DNA of 63,053 nt, the filler included, from Pelomyxa schiedti (lineage: Eukaryota > Protista > Evosea): NCBI GenBank assembly GCA_020536535.1. It is 13 parts of 13 records of this genome, joined end to end, with 100 filler letters (N's around TTAATTAATTAA, not from the genome) between each part and the next. Parts side by side here need not be neighbours in the genome. Positions count along the whole stretch, not along the records: positions 22,846 to 29,786 come from JAHLWZ010000288.1; positions 29,887 to 33,538 come from JAHLWZ010001709.1; positions 33,639 to 36,850 come from JAHLWZ010001796.1; 10 more parts are not named here. One strand, given 5' to 3'. Under the pieces are notes generated by a model. The model was given only the letters and a program-made list of their open reading frames with translations. It was not told where the DNA came from and searched no databases. Positions 23,713 to 35,570 of this stretch are shown here, piece by piece; the first letter of the stretch is position 1; the number at the start of each line of letters is the position of its first letter. A program made the position numbers and the translations under genes.

Positions 23713-25660
23713 TCAACCATCAAGGTTTACATTGAATGAACTGTGGTTGTTGAAGAACTGCAGAATGAGGTTGGACATGTGCCCAATGTCAGCAACTCCA
23801 CAGACCTCTCTTATACTACACAGGGAAATCAGGCGGAATAAAATATTGTTGTGGTTGAAAGTAAAAACCTGTGCATTGAGAGCTGAGGGTTCCCCAGGTC
23901 TACAGTCCTTATTGAAGTTTTGCTGGAGCTAATCGGGCCAATTGTAGTTCCGCAGGGCATGTCTTGCCTTACAACGAATTCTTGAATTGGGATGTTGTGT
24001 TCAGCTGCAAGCTTAAGCATCAGCAAAGCACCTAGGGAGAGTAAATGATTTATAAATATAGAGCGGAAGTTTGGGGAAAATCCTTGTTACCTACGCCCTC
24101 AGTGGCATAACGTGTGCAAACGTTGTATTTTAGAACCGGGCCTTTGTTCATCTGTGGTGCATGCTGGCTTTCATGCTTCCCTCTGTCGGCCAGGATGAGT
24201 ATTGAATAAAAGAAATTCGTACGTACGGGTTATTGGGGTGAACGGCATGTGCATTATCAATTGAAAGTATTAAGCTCTTCCGGAGCATTATATCTACCAG
24301 CTCCTCATGTGATATAGGGGTTGATGGCCGCGGTAGGCAAGTTACGATACGCTCAATCATGCGTAGTACGATTGGGGAATCGGCACCCTGTGGTGACATG
24401 GAGCCCACTTCCTGTATACAAGTTTGGCTTTTGATTGAACGATATGATATTAATATACCTCATGATCAAAGAGAAATATCATGCGGATGTTCTTTTCAGT
24501 TGCAAGACTAGCCGTGCTTTGGAGAAACCCCTGTTTTGAGAAATGAAAAAAGTACTCTGGTCATAGAAATAAACCTGAAGTGCACAGAAAGATCCGTTGA
24601 GGTTGTCCAAACCCTGGGAGAAGATGTAGTCGCCAAGTACTCCACCAATTGTGGCAGGCTGAGAATCGCAAAGAGCCAGTTCAAAATTGCATATAGCTTC
24701 AGCTGGTGGACGGTTAGACCACAAGTAGCGTGAATACTTGGAGTACGTGAACAGCCAATTTCTCTTGCTAGCATGGCTAGCAGCACTGGGTGGTGCTTTG
24801 GGCGACCAGACTTTGTATTGAAGGAACTGATGGCTCCAATGTCAGAGGGAGTACTATTTTAAATATTAATAAGTGCCAATCACGGAAATCAACCTGGCAA
24901 CAGCTGCAATCGCTCTCAAATCATTTTCTTTGTTCGGAGCCCAACCATCGGCATATCTCATATCCAGATGTGTTGCAACTGTGGGAATGCGGAAAAGAGG
25001 CCTGAATAAAAGAAGGTAAGAATTTTGAACCGGGGCCTCCCCCAAATATTACCTGGTGATTCTCACAACCTTCGCTGCATATCCATCACCTTCTTTGACG
25101 AAAACTCTGCCCGCAATGCCAAGATCGCGATCGAACCATGTTTGCCAAATACCGCCGCCATAAACTTCACATGCAATAGACAGGGTTCCACAGGACTCAA
25201 CAGCGGATGAAGGTTTCAGCTTTTGTTTAAGTTAAAACAAAAGGAAAAGTATTTGATTGTGCACCTTGAGGAATGGGCTGTCAATGTGAGCACCAACGAT
25301 AGAACATCCAGATTGCACTGGGGCCTGCAGTTAACTGTTAATTCAATTTCAAAGGTTTCTTACATCATGTTATGTACGCATACATATCGTGCACCAACAG
25401 CGAAAGCAACCACAGAACTTCCGTTTCGAGTAACGAAGTACCTGTCCAGCAAAGTGAGCCAATATGAAAAGGAAAAGGAAAAGGAAAAGGAAAAGGAAAA
25501 GGAAAAGGAAAAGGAAAAGGAAAAGGAAAAGGATAAAAAATTAAACCTGCCACCGGGGGTGAGTGTCCAAGGGGACTCTTCATTCAATTTCGTGAATCCC
25601 GCTGCCAACAATTCCTTTTGCACAGCAACTAAAAACAACGTTGGAATCGCAACATCCCAT
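23713..25660 (-). CDS. DNPEP: Aspartyl aminopeptidase (M18), multi-exon; 5' exons also present in the duplicate at 26400-26807
   Basis: GFTKLNEESPW..YFVTRNGSSVVAFAVG, LDNL, SIDNAHAVHPN, FVVRQDMPCGTTIGP, DLGNPQLSMHSIRE. Confidence 0.92.
25466..25531 (+). repeat. (GAAAAG)11 intronic microsatellite; only 3 units in the duplicate copy near 26556
   Basis: Read directly from both copies. Confidence 0.9.
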
Positions 25661-25774
25661 AACTAACTCATCCCCACACGGGCAGCCCCTCACAGCCCAA
25701 CCAAAACGAACGACAAACAACAACAACTAACCGCAAGCTGCCAACAATTCCTTTTGCACAGCAACAAGCTCAAC

Positions 25775-26299
25775 CAGCTTTCCAAGCACTCCACACAAAG
25801 CCCCTTCACTGTTCCACCGGGTCTCATATCCGCAGCGAATACTTGATGAGTTGGAGCACTGTTGGCAGGCACGTGGTGGGCCCACACTTGGATCACACAA
25901 ACCTGCGCGCCGGTCTTTGTGATCAGAATGAATCCCTCAAGAATCCTTCCTGCCGGTAAACTTCTGGTCGCAGAGCACACCACAGACAGGTTACCACTTG
26001 AGAATGTCTGCTGTGAATCCACAACAAGGATCCTCTTTTCGTGTGTCCCAACTGCTGCCGAATTTGGCCTCAACACCACCAACAGTTCATCTGGGTCTGA
26101 CTTGCCCATGCCCATAAACTCCACACTCTCTGGATCCACTGCAACAGTGACAACAACACTCCGCGACGTGGGGGCTGATTGCAATTGCATCCGTTCCTGC
26201 TCCTGAGCCTGCTGTGATGATGATGGCACCACGAGACTCTGGACACGCAGCAGCCCTCTCGACTCGTCAATTCCACACCACCACCTCCCGTTGATGCTG
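25775..26299 (-). repeat. Inverted near-identical copy of 22846-23370 (family A fragment); probable haplotype or misassembly
   Basis: Translation MVPSSSQQAQEQERM... nearly identical to the 22913 ORF; abuts a 100-N gap. Confidence 0.8.
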
Positions 26300-26399
26300 N
26301 NNNNNNNNNNNNNNNNNNNNNNNNNNNNNNNNNNNNNNNNNNNNNNNNNNNNNNNNNNNNNNNNNNNNNNNNNNNNNNNNNNNNNNNNNNNNNNNNNNN

Positions 26400-26807
26400 A
26401 GATTGCACTGGGGCCTGCAGTTAACTGTTAATTCAATTTCAAAGGTTTCTTACATCATGTTATGTACGCATACATATCGTGCACCAACAGCGAAAGCAAC
26501 CACAGAACTTCCGTTTCGAGCAACGAAGTACCTGTCCAGCAAAGTGAGCCAATATGAAAAGGAAAAGGAAAAGGATAAAAAATTAAACCTGCCACCGGGG
26601 GTGAGTGTCCAGGGGGACTCTTCATTCAATTTCGTGAATCCCGCTGCCAACAATTCCTTTTGCACAGCAACTAAAAACAACGTTGGAATCGCAACATCCC
26701 ATAACTAACTCATCCCCACACGGGCGCAGCCCCTCACAGCCAACCAAAACGAACGACAAACAACAACAACTAACCGCAAGCTGCGAAAGGAGATCCACTG
26801 GCCCCAT
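26400..26807 (-). repeat. Second copy of DNPEP 5' exons including the probable start (MGPVDLLSQL)
   Basis: Near-identical to about 25310-25740. Confidence 0.75.
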
Positions 26808-27087
26808 TCAAAAAATCGACGAACCTGTGCCCCACGCTCGCGGTGGCCATCACTTAGTGAACCAACAAGGTCTGATGGTTTTCCTCCGAGAAATCTTTTG
26901 GAGGTGTGGCCGAGGAGAGTGGAATGGGTGCCCTCGGATCCATTGTGAGAATTGAGTGTTGAGTTGTTTTGGGGCAAACGCGAATCCCCGGGAAACGTCA
27001 ACAAGCTCAACCATCTGTCTAAACGTAAATCACACAGCAAACCGAAATAAACAAAAAAAAGCCAAAGGCAACAACAAACACAGGAGA

Positions 27088-27737
27088 ATGAGGGCAGGAA
27101 TAATAGCAGCGATTGTGGTTGTTGGTGGTGTGATTGGAGTGTTGAGTGCCACTGATTGCACATACACGACCAGCGATGGATCTTACTATTACGACCTGAC
27201 AAACATCACAACATCCCCAAGTGTGCTTCCCTTAAACTCACTTACGTTCCCAGAGGTGATTTTCTAACTGGAACTTTGGATGGCAAGACAACTGTTTCCA
27301 GATAACTGTGCAGGGTGATGTGTTCTACTACGTAAATGTGTGCGGACAGACTCCGATTGTGCAACTCGAGTACTGTCTCGGTAGCAGTGTGTGCCACATG
27401 GGTGAGGATTTACCCCAAATCTATAGTGCCGGCATGACTGACACGCAACAATTCTCTGATGCTGGTTTGTGTTCCCTTTCCTTTTTGATACTGATAAAGA
27501 GTATATGACTGCACCAAATGAAACACCACTAACCGTTAATCCCAAGTCAATCCCGCGAGTGGAGTGATAGTTACATACAAAGCACCAGAGAAGGAAATCA
27601 CGAGTATTATAAACATAGAATGTACTCCGAGCATCACTGGACCAGGCAAGATTGTCAGTGTGAAGGAGTCAGGGAGTGACTATGTGTACTTTGTGATCAA
27701 GAGCCAGTGGGCGTGTCCAATAAAATCTGTCAATTGA
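27088..27737 (+). CDS. Secreted single MRH (mannose-6-phosphate receptor homology)/ATG27-like domain protein
   Basis: Signal peptide; YYYDLT, YYVNVCG, GVIVTY, INIEC, YFVIKSQWACP motifs; no TM segment before the stop. Confidence 0.75.
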
Positions 27738-27994
27738 ATGTTTGTCAGTGCAAAAAAAAAAAAACAAATTAATTTAAATGTTGGGGACATACCTCCTCCA
27801 ATAAGAGCTTATCCCTTCCACACCCCTCAGTCTCATTTTCCTTGAAATGGCCAACGATCTTGAGCGAATTTTTATGTGGAACTAATCAACCAAACATAAG
27901 GCCCGATTACGAGCCTAAAGGAAAAAAATAACTTTGGGCAACCAAGGGCTCACCAACACCTTTGTCAAAGGAAGGAAGCTCACAATTGTGGGAG

Positions 27995-28733
27995 ATGTCA
28001 GTGAGCGAGGACGTTTTGTTGGCTTCGATAGCCGGGGTGCAGGTCGAAATTGACCAAGCAAAGGCGTCCCTGTGTGCTATTTATTTGTTGATTTGTTGGT
28101 TTGACTATGGTGCAATTTTTGACTTGAGTTGTGTTGGTGCTTGTTGTTGGTCTGTTTCGTTTCTCTACGAGAGACTCAATTCTTACGGACTACAACGTTA
28201 CAGGGAGGCAACCGGTGATTCATTGATATACATTACTATAAATGATAAGCAAGAACAACTGGCCGAGCTACAAAAGCAACTTGCAGCACTCAGAGGAAGT
28301 TCCACTACTTCTTCTTCTTCAACACCAACATCAACATCAACACCCACAGCAACAGTGCCAACGGATACGGCAACTGCAACTGCAACAACATCCACTCCGG
28401 AAAGCACGGCATCGTCTTCTGCAGCCGCTTCTTCGTCTCCTGCAATTGCACCAGTAACACCTACGCCAAGTACAAACATTGTGGTTGGAAGTGGAGGGCC
28501 TGGGAAAAGAATCGTGATTGCGTATATGAGTACAACCGGGAATACCAGGTATGTTGCTCAGACACTAGCCGATCTCTGGAAGGACAAGCCAGCAATATCT
28601 CTTATAACACTCGTGGACATCACAGGACCACAGGTTTTCCTCACTTCGTTGTTGACTTCATCTTGCTTAACAGTGTAATTAGCGCCCCGATACTACTCCC
28701 TTCAAAACTGCCGATGTTGTGGGAATTGGTACC
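27995..28733 (+). CDS. Flavodoxin-domain protein with N-terminal coiled coil and S/T-rich linker, 3'-truncated at gap
   Basis: RIVIAYMSTTGNTRYVAQTLA FMN-binding loop; ADVVGIGT. Confidence 0.7.
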
Positions 28734-28833
28734 NNNNNNNNNNNNNNNNNNNNNNNNNNNNNNNNNNNNNNNNNNNNNNNNNNNNNNNNNNNNNNNNNNN
28801 NNNNNNNNNNNNNNNNNNNNNNNNNNNNNNNNN

Positions 28834-29080
28834 TTGATACTGATAAAGAGTATATGACTGCACCAAATGAAACACCACTAACCGTTAATCCCAAGTCAAT
28901 CCCGCGAGTGGAGTGATAGTTACATACAAAGCACCAGAGAAGGAAATCACGAGTGTTATAGGCATAGAATGTGCCCCAACCATCACTGGACCAGGCAAGA
29001 TTGTCAGTGTGAAGGAGTCAGGGAGTGACTATGTGTACTTTGTGATCAAGAGCCAGTGGGCGTGTCCCATTCCATCATGA
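28834..29080 (+). CDS. MRH-domain paralogue, 3' part
   Basis: Near-identical to 27486-27720; ends SQWACPIPS*. Confidence 0.65.
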
Positions 29081-29393
29081 GGTTGTGAACCTAAAAGAGA
29101 AATGTAAAGAGTTGTGCTTGTGACGGGAATCGCTATCGTTCTCTTATTCCTTCCTATCAGAACTTCTTCTGGACAGGGAGGGCTGCGTGTTTCGTTCATC
29201 AGAACACAACTTGGTCCGCACTCTTGCACTCCATCATCAATTAATTGGTGACGTGGCGTTGGGGTTGGCTGTTTTGGGGCAAACGTGATTACCCCGGCAA
29301 ATGTCACAAATGTCAAAACCTCAACCATCTGTCACAAACGCCGCACAACGAATTTATCGGACAAATCAAACACAATAACCAACGCAGGAGAGA

Positions 29394-29786
29394 ATGAGGG
29401 CAGGAATAATAGCAGCGATCGTGGTTGTTGGTGTTTCCATTGGAGTGTTGGGTGCCACTGATTGCACATACACGACCAGCGATGGGTCTTACTATTACGA
29501 CCTGACAAACATCACAACATCCCCAAGTGTGCCTCCCTGTCCGGTTTTTTTTTTTATTTCCAACTGAGTGTTCACTTTCCAGACAATTGTTTCAGGATCA
29601 CTGTGCAGAGCGATGTGTTCTACTACGTAAATGTGTGCGGACAAACTCCAACAGTGAATAATGAATACTGTCTCGGTAGCAGTGTGTGCCACATGGGTGA
29701 GGATTTACCCCAAATCTATAGTGCCGGCATGACTGACACGCAACAATTCTCTGATGCTGGTTTGTGTTCCCTTTCCTTTTTGATAC
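29394..29786 (+). CDS. MRH-domain paralogue, 5' part (truncated by contig end)
   Basis: MRAGIIAAIVVVG..CTYTTSDGSYYYDLT..YYVNVCGQTP. Confidence 0.7.
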
Positions 29787-29886
29787 NNNNNNNNNNNNNN
29801 NNNNNNNNNNNNNNNNNNNNNNNNNNNNNNTTAATTAATTAANNNNNNNNNNNNNNNNNNNNNNNNNNNNNNNNNNNNNNNNNNNN

Positions 29887-31818
29887 AACTCCATCCAAGT
29901 CAGAGAGTTGGTTTTCTCTTTGTCCCTTCTTTTGGTGAGTGCTTGGTTCAGAGTCATCCAAGTTGCAGGAACATCTGATGGAACACCATCATCCCAGGCC
30001 TCACGGTAAATTTCCCGGCACACATCCGTCACACCTTCACAGCCCTTCATTTGAGACTTGTCACACCTCCACCCCTTTCCCTTGTTGAGGTCCACCAGAA
30101 ATACAACATCCTCAAGCATGAATATGTGGATGATGAGATCAGCCAACTTGGGATCATGAGGATTGACTCGGTCCATGTGAGTTCCAACGGGGATTATGCA
30201 CCTCCCTGTCTTGGAGCCCTTGCTTCTGGCAACTGATATCTCGTTCAACCATTTATACACCGCCATGTGCGGCTCCTCCATCATCAATGCCTTGGAGACA
30301 TCAAAGGTCACAATGAATACAGAACGGCTGAGGAGAAACCATTGGTGGAACGGTGAAAGTGAATCCCCTCCTGTGTGTGCGTTGTGTGAGCTGGAGTGGG
30401 AAGAAACGAATCGGTCATACCAAGGTCCCAGATAGTGTATGAACTATCCTCAGCTCCTTTCAACGTCACATTGCCATACACAGCAATTCCTGTGTGAATA
30501 TGTTTTGGTTTCAGTTTTTTCTTGCCCTCCATCATACACCTCAACAGTGTTGTCTTGCCAACACCTGTGTCTCCAACAAACACAATCTTGTGTGTGTTTG
30601 TCTTGACGTGGTTTATTCTGCTGAGCCTGGTTGGATTTAACTCATGAAACCAGCTTCCGAATTTCACATTGGGAACTTCTGCCAACCACTCTGGGAGCTT
30701 TTGCATGGGGTTTTTGGAGAGCTTAAGTGCTCTGCCAGTCAAAGTCTGCAGTGATTCAGGAACATATTTCAAATCCAACCCAGAGAGGTCAATGTTCTCA
30801 GAGTCTGCCAGAAACTTGGCCTGACATACAACACCAACGGCAGGATGGTTCTCTGTTTTCAGCCATGCCCTGAGTGCCATTGACACTGTGAAGAATGGGA
30901 ACTGTGTCCTGTAATTGTGCACGAGCTGCATGATCATGTTGGCTGTTGTTGCATCGGCACAGGTGATGTCAAGGATGGTGGGAATCACAGGCAAGGGCAA
31001 TGGAACTGGATGAAATTCCAGTGGCAAGAAGTTTCTGATGTGGGGTGAAGAAATCAATGTCGAATGGGAAATTTCAGGTGGGATGTTGGAGATGAGTGAT
31101 AGCAGTGCATCCACAGAGCCCAGTTCTGGTTCCCATCTCAACATTTTGTGAGCAGAAATCTGGTCTTTTTGGTGAGTATTGTGAAAACAGACTGGTGGGT
31201 ACACACAAAGAAAGCCATGTGAATGGAGAACAGTGTGTGGAATACTTCCTTCACTGGTGTGCCACCGTGTTGACTGAAATCAACCAAAAGAGCACATGAA
31301 GGCTGTGGTCCAGAATTGTCTTGTAACAGCGTCTTAAATACATCCAAAAGTGGCAGCAACGAATCTGGTTCCTCAGCACAGTACAGGAACATAAATATAA
31401 GTTTGCCATCCCTGGTGAGTATGCAGGCAATTACCAATTTTTTATAAAAAAAACAAAAAAAAAAAACCCAAAAGTAATGAGTTAATACTACTCACGCAGT
31501 TGCCATGTCGAAATCGCCCTTGTCTCGACGGTAGAATACACACTCTTCATCGAGCTCTCTTTTCAGCCTAGTTCCAGCCGAGGAAGAACCGCCGGCGCCG
31601 CCGCCGCGCTCTGGTCCCCCCTTCTTGTTGTACAGCAACCTCAGCGTCGCGCACCCGGCGACGGCCTCGCGGTCGTAATCCAGGACCGGCGCCGATCGGC
31701 TGACGGTGACTGCGCCCCGGGCGTCGAGATCGAGGGGCCCTAGCCTCGCCACCGCCCCAAACAAAGTGTTCACGCGCTCGTCAGAACCAACAACGAAGCA
31801 CTGCGTTCTGTTTGTCAT
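29887..31818 (-). CDS. Roco-family protein (N-terminal domain, short LRR, Roc GTPase, start of COR), 3'-truncated
   Basis: IDLSGLDLKYVPE..LKLSKNP LRR; KIVFVGDTGVGKTTL, TGI, WDLGG, VGTHMD; VPATW..LTW COR start. Confidence 0.82.
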
Positions 31819-32000
31819 TTTCTTTTTTATGGGAAGAATGCTCGGGTTTTGGCAGCAACGGGGCAGAAATGGTTATCTCTACCCTGTGAACGGAAAATTC
31901 TGAAATATCTGGACCACATCTGGACCAGACACCGTTTTCATGGTCTTTCCTGAGGAGCACATGCTCACATGGCCCGAAAAATGAAATACATAGTTTTTAG

Positions 32001-33538
32001 ATGGATCAAGGGCACATAACAATCGACCGGGTGCTCGACGCCCGAGACCAAGCCCTCACCATGTTGCTCGCTTTGTGCCCGCCACCACCCACAATCCGTT
32101 CTCGCGGCGCAATTCGCCTCACAAACGACGCGGCGAGGGACTTAGCCGAGCGCTGGGTGCTCACCCCCGTCCGGCGCTTCATATTCGGCACCGGCATGGA
32201 GTTTTCGACGGTTGTGTCGATCGGGCCCACCCTCGGCGTCGTCAGCACCAGCGAGACCAACTTGTGGACCACACACCACTCGCGTCTGTGCTGGCTGGAT
32301 CCCGACAGGCTGCTGGCCTGCCACAGCATTACCAGAACCACTTGCATCTTCGACTTCTCGCGGGGCCCCCACCCAAGGGTCGACCCCATCCCCTGCCCTC
32401 CTGTGGGGCCCTGCTGGGGCAACCACAAATGGGCTGTGGCGTGGGACAGCAAGCAGCTCTACGTGCAAAGGGTGGATAATAACACAGCAGACGGGGGCCA
32501 GGCGCAGGGGTTTCCATGGGTGCCGGTCACCTTCCCTGCGAGGGACCGGAGATGAGAGACCTCGACGTTGTGTTCTCGCACTCTGAGCCTGCCCTCATCA
32601 AGGGGGAGGGCGACGAGGCCTCGATGGTGTTTGGCTTTGGGGCAGTCCAGCCTAAGACGGACCGGCCCAGGGCCACTTTGCTGACGGTGGACCTGGCCAG
32701 GAGCTTCTCTTCTGGGTCACTTGTCGTTGTGAGGGAGACGGGTTTCTCAGGGGACCCCGAGGGAGTACTGTGGTGCTGCCGCCCGTTAATTTTTATGGAT
32801 GACAGTGGGCACCCCGTGGTGGTGCATGAGGGAGGAAACTGTTCATTCGCTGTGAGCCTCTGGACTGGGAAGAGAACAAAGCTGTGTGACCAAATATACG
32901 CCATGAAGGTGAATGGCCAGCTTGCAAGAATAGGTATGGGCCGTGGCATGGGACAACAAGCAGCTCTACGTGCAAAGGGTGGATAATGATGATAACTGTC
33001 AACAACACAGCAGGCAGGGGCACCAGGAGCAAGATCGTCCATGGGTGCCGGTCACCTTCCCCGCAAGGGACCTGGAGATGAGAGACCTCGACGTTGCGTT
33101 CTCGCACTCTGAGCCTGCCCTCATCAAGGGGGAGGGTGACGAGGCCTCGATGGTGTTTGGCTTTGGGATTTACCAGACGGACCGGCCCAGGGCCACTTTG
33201 CTGACGGTGGACCTGGCCAGGAGCTTCTCTGCTGGGTCACTTGTCGTTGTGAGGGAGAAGGGTTTCTCAGGGGACCCTGTGGGAGTACTGTGGCGCTGCC
33301 ACCCGTTCATTTTTATGGATGACAGTGGGCACCCCGTGGTGGTGCATGAGGGAGGGAACTGTTCATTCGCTGTGGGCCTCTGGACTGGGAAGAGAACCAA
33401 GCTGTGTGACCACATGAACCCCATGAAGGTAAATGGCCAGCTTGCAAGAATAGGTATCAAGATCTATGACGTGTTCACGGGGCAAGTGTCCCCAGTTGTT
33501 CCAGCTTATGTGACCTTACAGCCTCTGATGGACCGTGG
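32001..33538 (+). pseudogene. Orphan family A gene with an internal ~505-bp tandem duplication and frameshifts
   Basis: ARDQALTML..ERWVL..SIGPTLGVV; about 32435-32940 repeated at 32941-33455; GACCGGAGATG vs GACCTGGAGATG (1-bp deletion). Confidence 0.7.
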
Positions 33539-34850
33539 NNNNNNNNNNNNNNNNNNNNNNNNNNNNNNNNNNNNNNNNNNNNTTAATTAATTAANNNNNN
33601 NNNNNNNNNNNNNNNNNNNNNNNNNNNNNNNNNNNNNNTTTAAGTATTAATACACTTAAAATAAATAGGATTTACATGATGCACTAATGGAAAAAAACAC
33701 TCAATGATCAAGAAACCAAAATGGAAAGCCAAACAAATACTCTTCAACTTATTTCACAATAAGTCTGCCTTGAAGCACTTTACTTCACATCATGTGAAGA
33801 GTTGTCTTGCTACCTTGAGCACCTTACATCTTTCCATAAAAAAGGTAAAAAAAAAAGTAACTCTCACAATTTATGTGTTGCATCTAGGTTATTGCTTTAA
33901 CTGGATTTTCTTATACTATCATTTATAACAATCGCAGAAAGTACCACAAGCTCCATAAGGATTGAGGCAACCAACACCACATTCTGGCATGGTGTGGTAC
34001 CACACAGACCCAAGAAGGAAGAAAATAATTAAGAGATTAAAAGGAAAAAATGGTAAAATGAGTGCCCTGGGTGGTCATTACAATTTTTTCTTTATTGTCA
34101 AACAACCACCCTTAAAACGATGGGGTGGTCATTCTACAATTTTCCTGTGGTTTTTCCTCTATGTAAAATGGTAAAAAACAACAAAAAAAAAAACCAAGTG
34201 CTGTAGCATGTGGCCCTGCCCTGCATCAACTACCCCTGTATTCCCTTTTCTCCCTTTTTACCTTGTTCTTTTTCCTCAGTGTGTAGTTGAAATCGGACCA
34301 GTTGTCACCCTTTATGGTGGCTCACAATGTGGTGCATTTCCCTTTTCCCCCTTTTCTTCCTTTTCCTGTTAGTTAACTACTGAACTGCTTAGTTGAATTG
34401 GATCAGTGGTTCCACCAAACTCCCATGTTAAATCTTGATATTCTTGCACATCATGGCTACTTTCCTTTTTGGCGGCTCTTCTCTTGGGTGTTCCCTCAAT
34501 TTGACAAGTTGTTGTTAAGTTCATGATTTTAGTGAGTTTGCTGGTTTGTCCCATTGGCTTTCTGTTTCTAACACCTCCTCAGTTAACCAAGGCACAGATT
34601 CAATTGACATGCTGCTATGTCAGACCTCTGCTAGTTGGCAGCAAACTTGGTTGGTCCGTTTTATTGTCTTTCTGCTTCTAACATCCACACCGATTCAAAC
34701 ATTTGGCCCTGGCAAAGTGCAAGAGACACTGCCTGCAGGTTTGTTCTTTCTGCAGATCTTGCCTGTTTTTTCACAAGGTTCCACATAGGTTGCCACTACC
34801 ATGGTTGTTGTAAAATCAGGTGAATTTTTTTCTTGGGGTGGGAAGTTAAA

Positions 34851-35570
34851 AAGTAATAACACAAAGGGGTAACCACCCAAAAAAGGCTCACGCTGTTTGC
34901 CTTTTTTGGGTGGACCCAGCTCCCACTAGGCAAACAGGAAAAATGATTGGGAAAATCCATTCCAGATTTCGCAAATCCGTTCCAGACTTCGCCAATCCGT
35001 TCCGGATTTTGTGTTAGGTGTTGCTGCTGATGCTGATGTTCCCATTCCGTTCTTCTTTCTTTCAGTTCTGTGTCTGGTGTGTCTTTTGCCACTCTGTTCC
35101 AAGCAACAAACAACAAGAGGTTGAAGTGGTTGGTTGTTGGCCCTTGCCCTCCTGCTTGTTCCGCATCTTCTTTCGCACTGGGTGTTGCCAATCCATTCCA
35201 GATTTCGAAAATCCATTCCAGACTTTGCAAATCCGTTCCGGATTTCGCAAATCCGTTCCAGACTTCGCCAATCCGTTCCGGATTTTGTGTTAGGTGTTGC
35301 TGCTGATGCTGATGTTCCCATTCCGTTCTTCTTTCTTTCAGTTCTGTGTCTGGTGTGTCTTTTGCCACTCTGTTCCAAGCAACAAACAACAAGAGACGAC
35401 ATCCAAAGCGGAATCCGGAATGGATTGACGACATAGAGGTGAAAGAAGATGTGAAACAAACAGGAGGGTACGGGCCCACAACCAACACAACAACCATCCA
35501 CTTGTGGTCCACCCAAAAGTGGCTCACGTTGTTCACCTCTTTTGGGTGGTGACCCCTTTTCTTATTACTT
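34851..35570. mobile_element. Foldback/MITE-like element with hairpin-containing inverted ends, internal 20-bp minisatellite and a 155-bp direct repeat
   Basis: AAGTAATAACACAAAGGGGTAACCACCCAAAA vs TTTTGGGTGGTGACCCCTTTTCTTATTACTT; AATCC[A/G]TTCC[A/G]GA units; 34965-35119 = 35241-35395. Confidence 0.55.

Noticed and set aside
25690-26299. Family A insertion disrupting DNPEP
   Set aside because: Inverted copy of the contig start next to a gap, with intact DNPEP 5' exons repeated after the gap; misassembly is more likely
34954-35290. 20-bp repeats as a CRISPR array
   Set aside because: Units are contiguous with no unique spacers, there are no cas genes, and the context is eukaryotic
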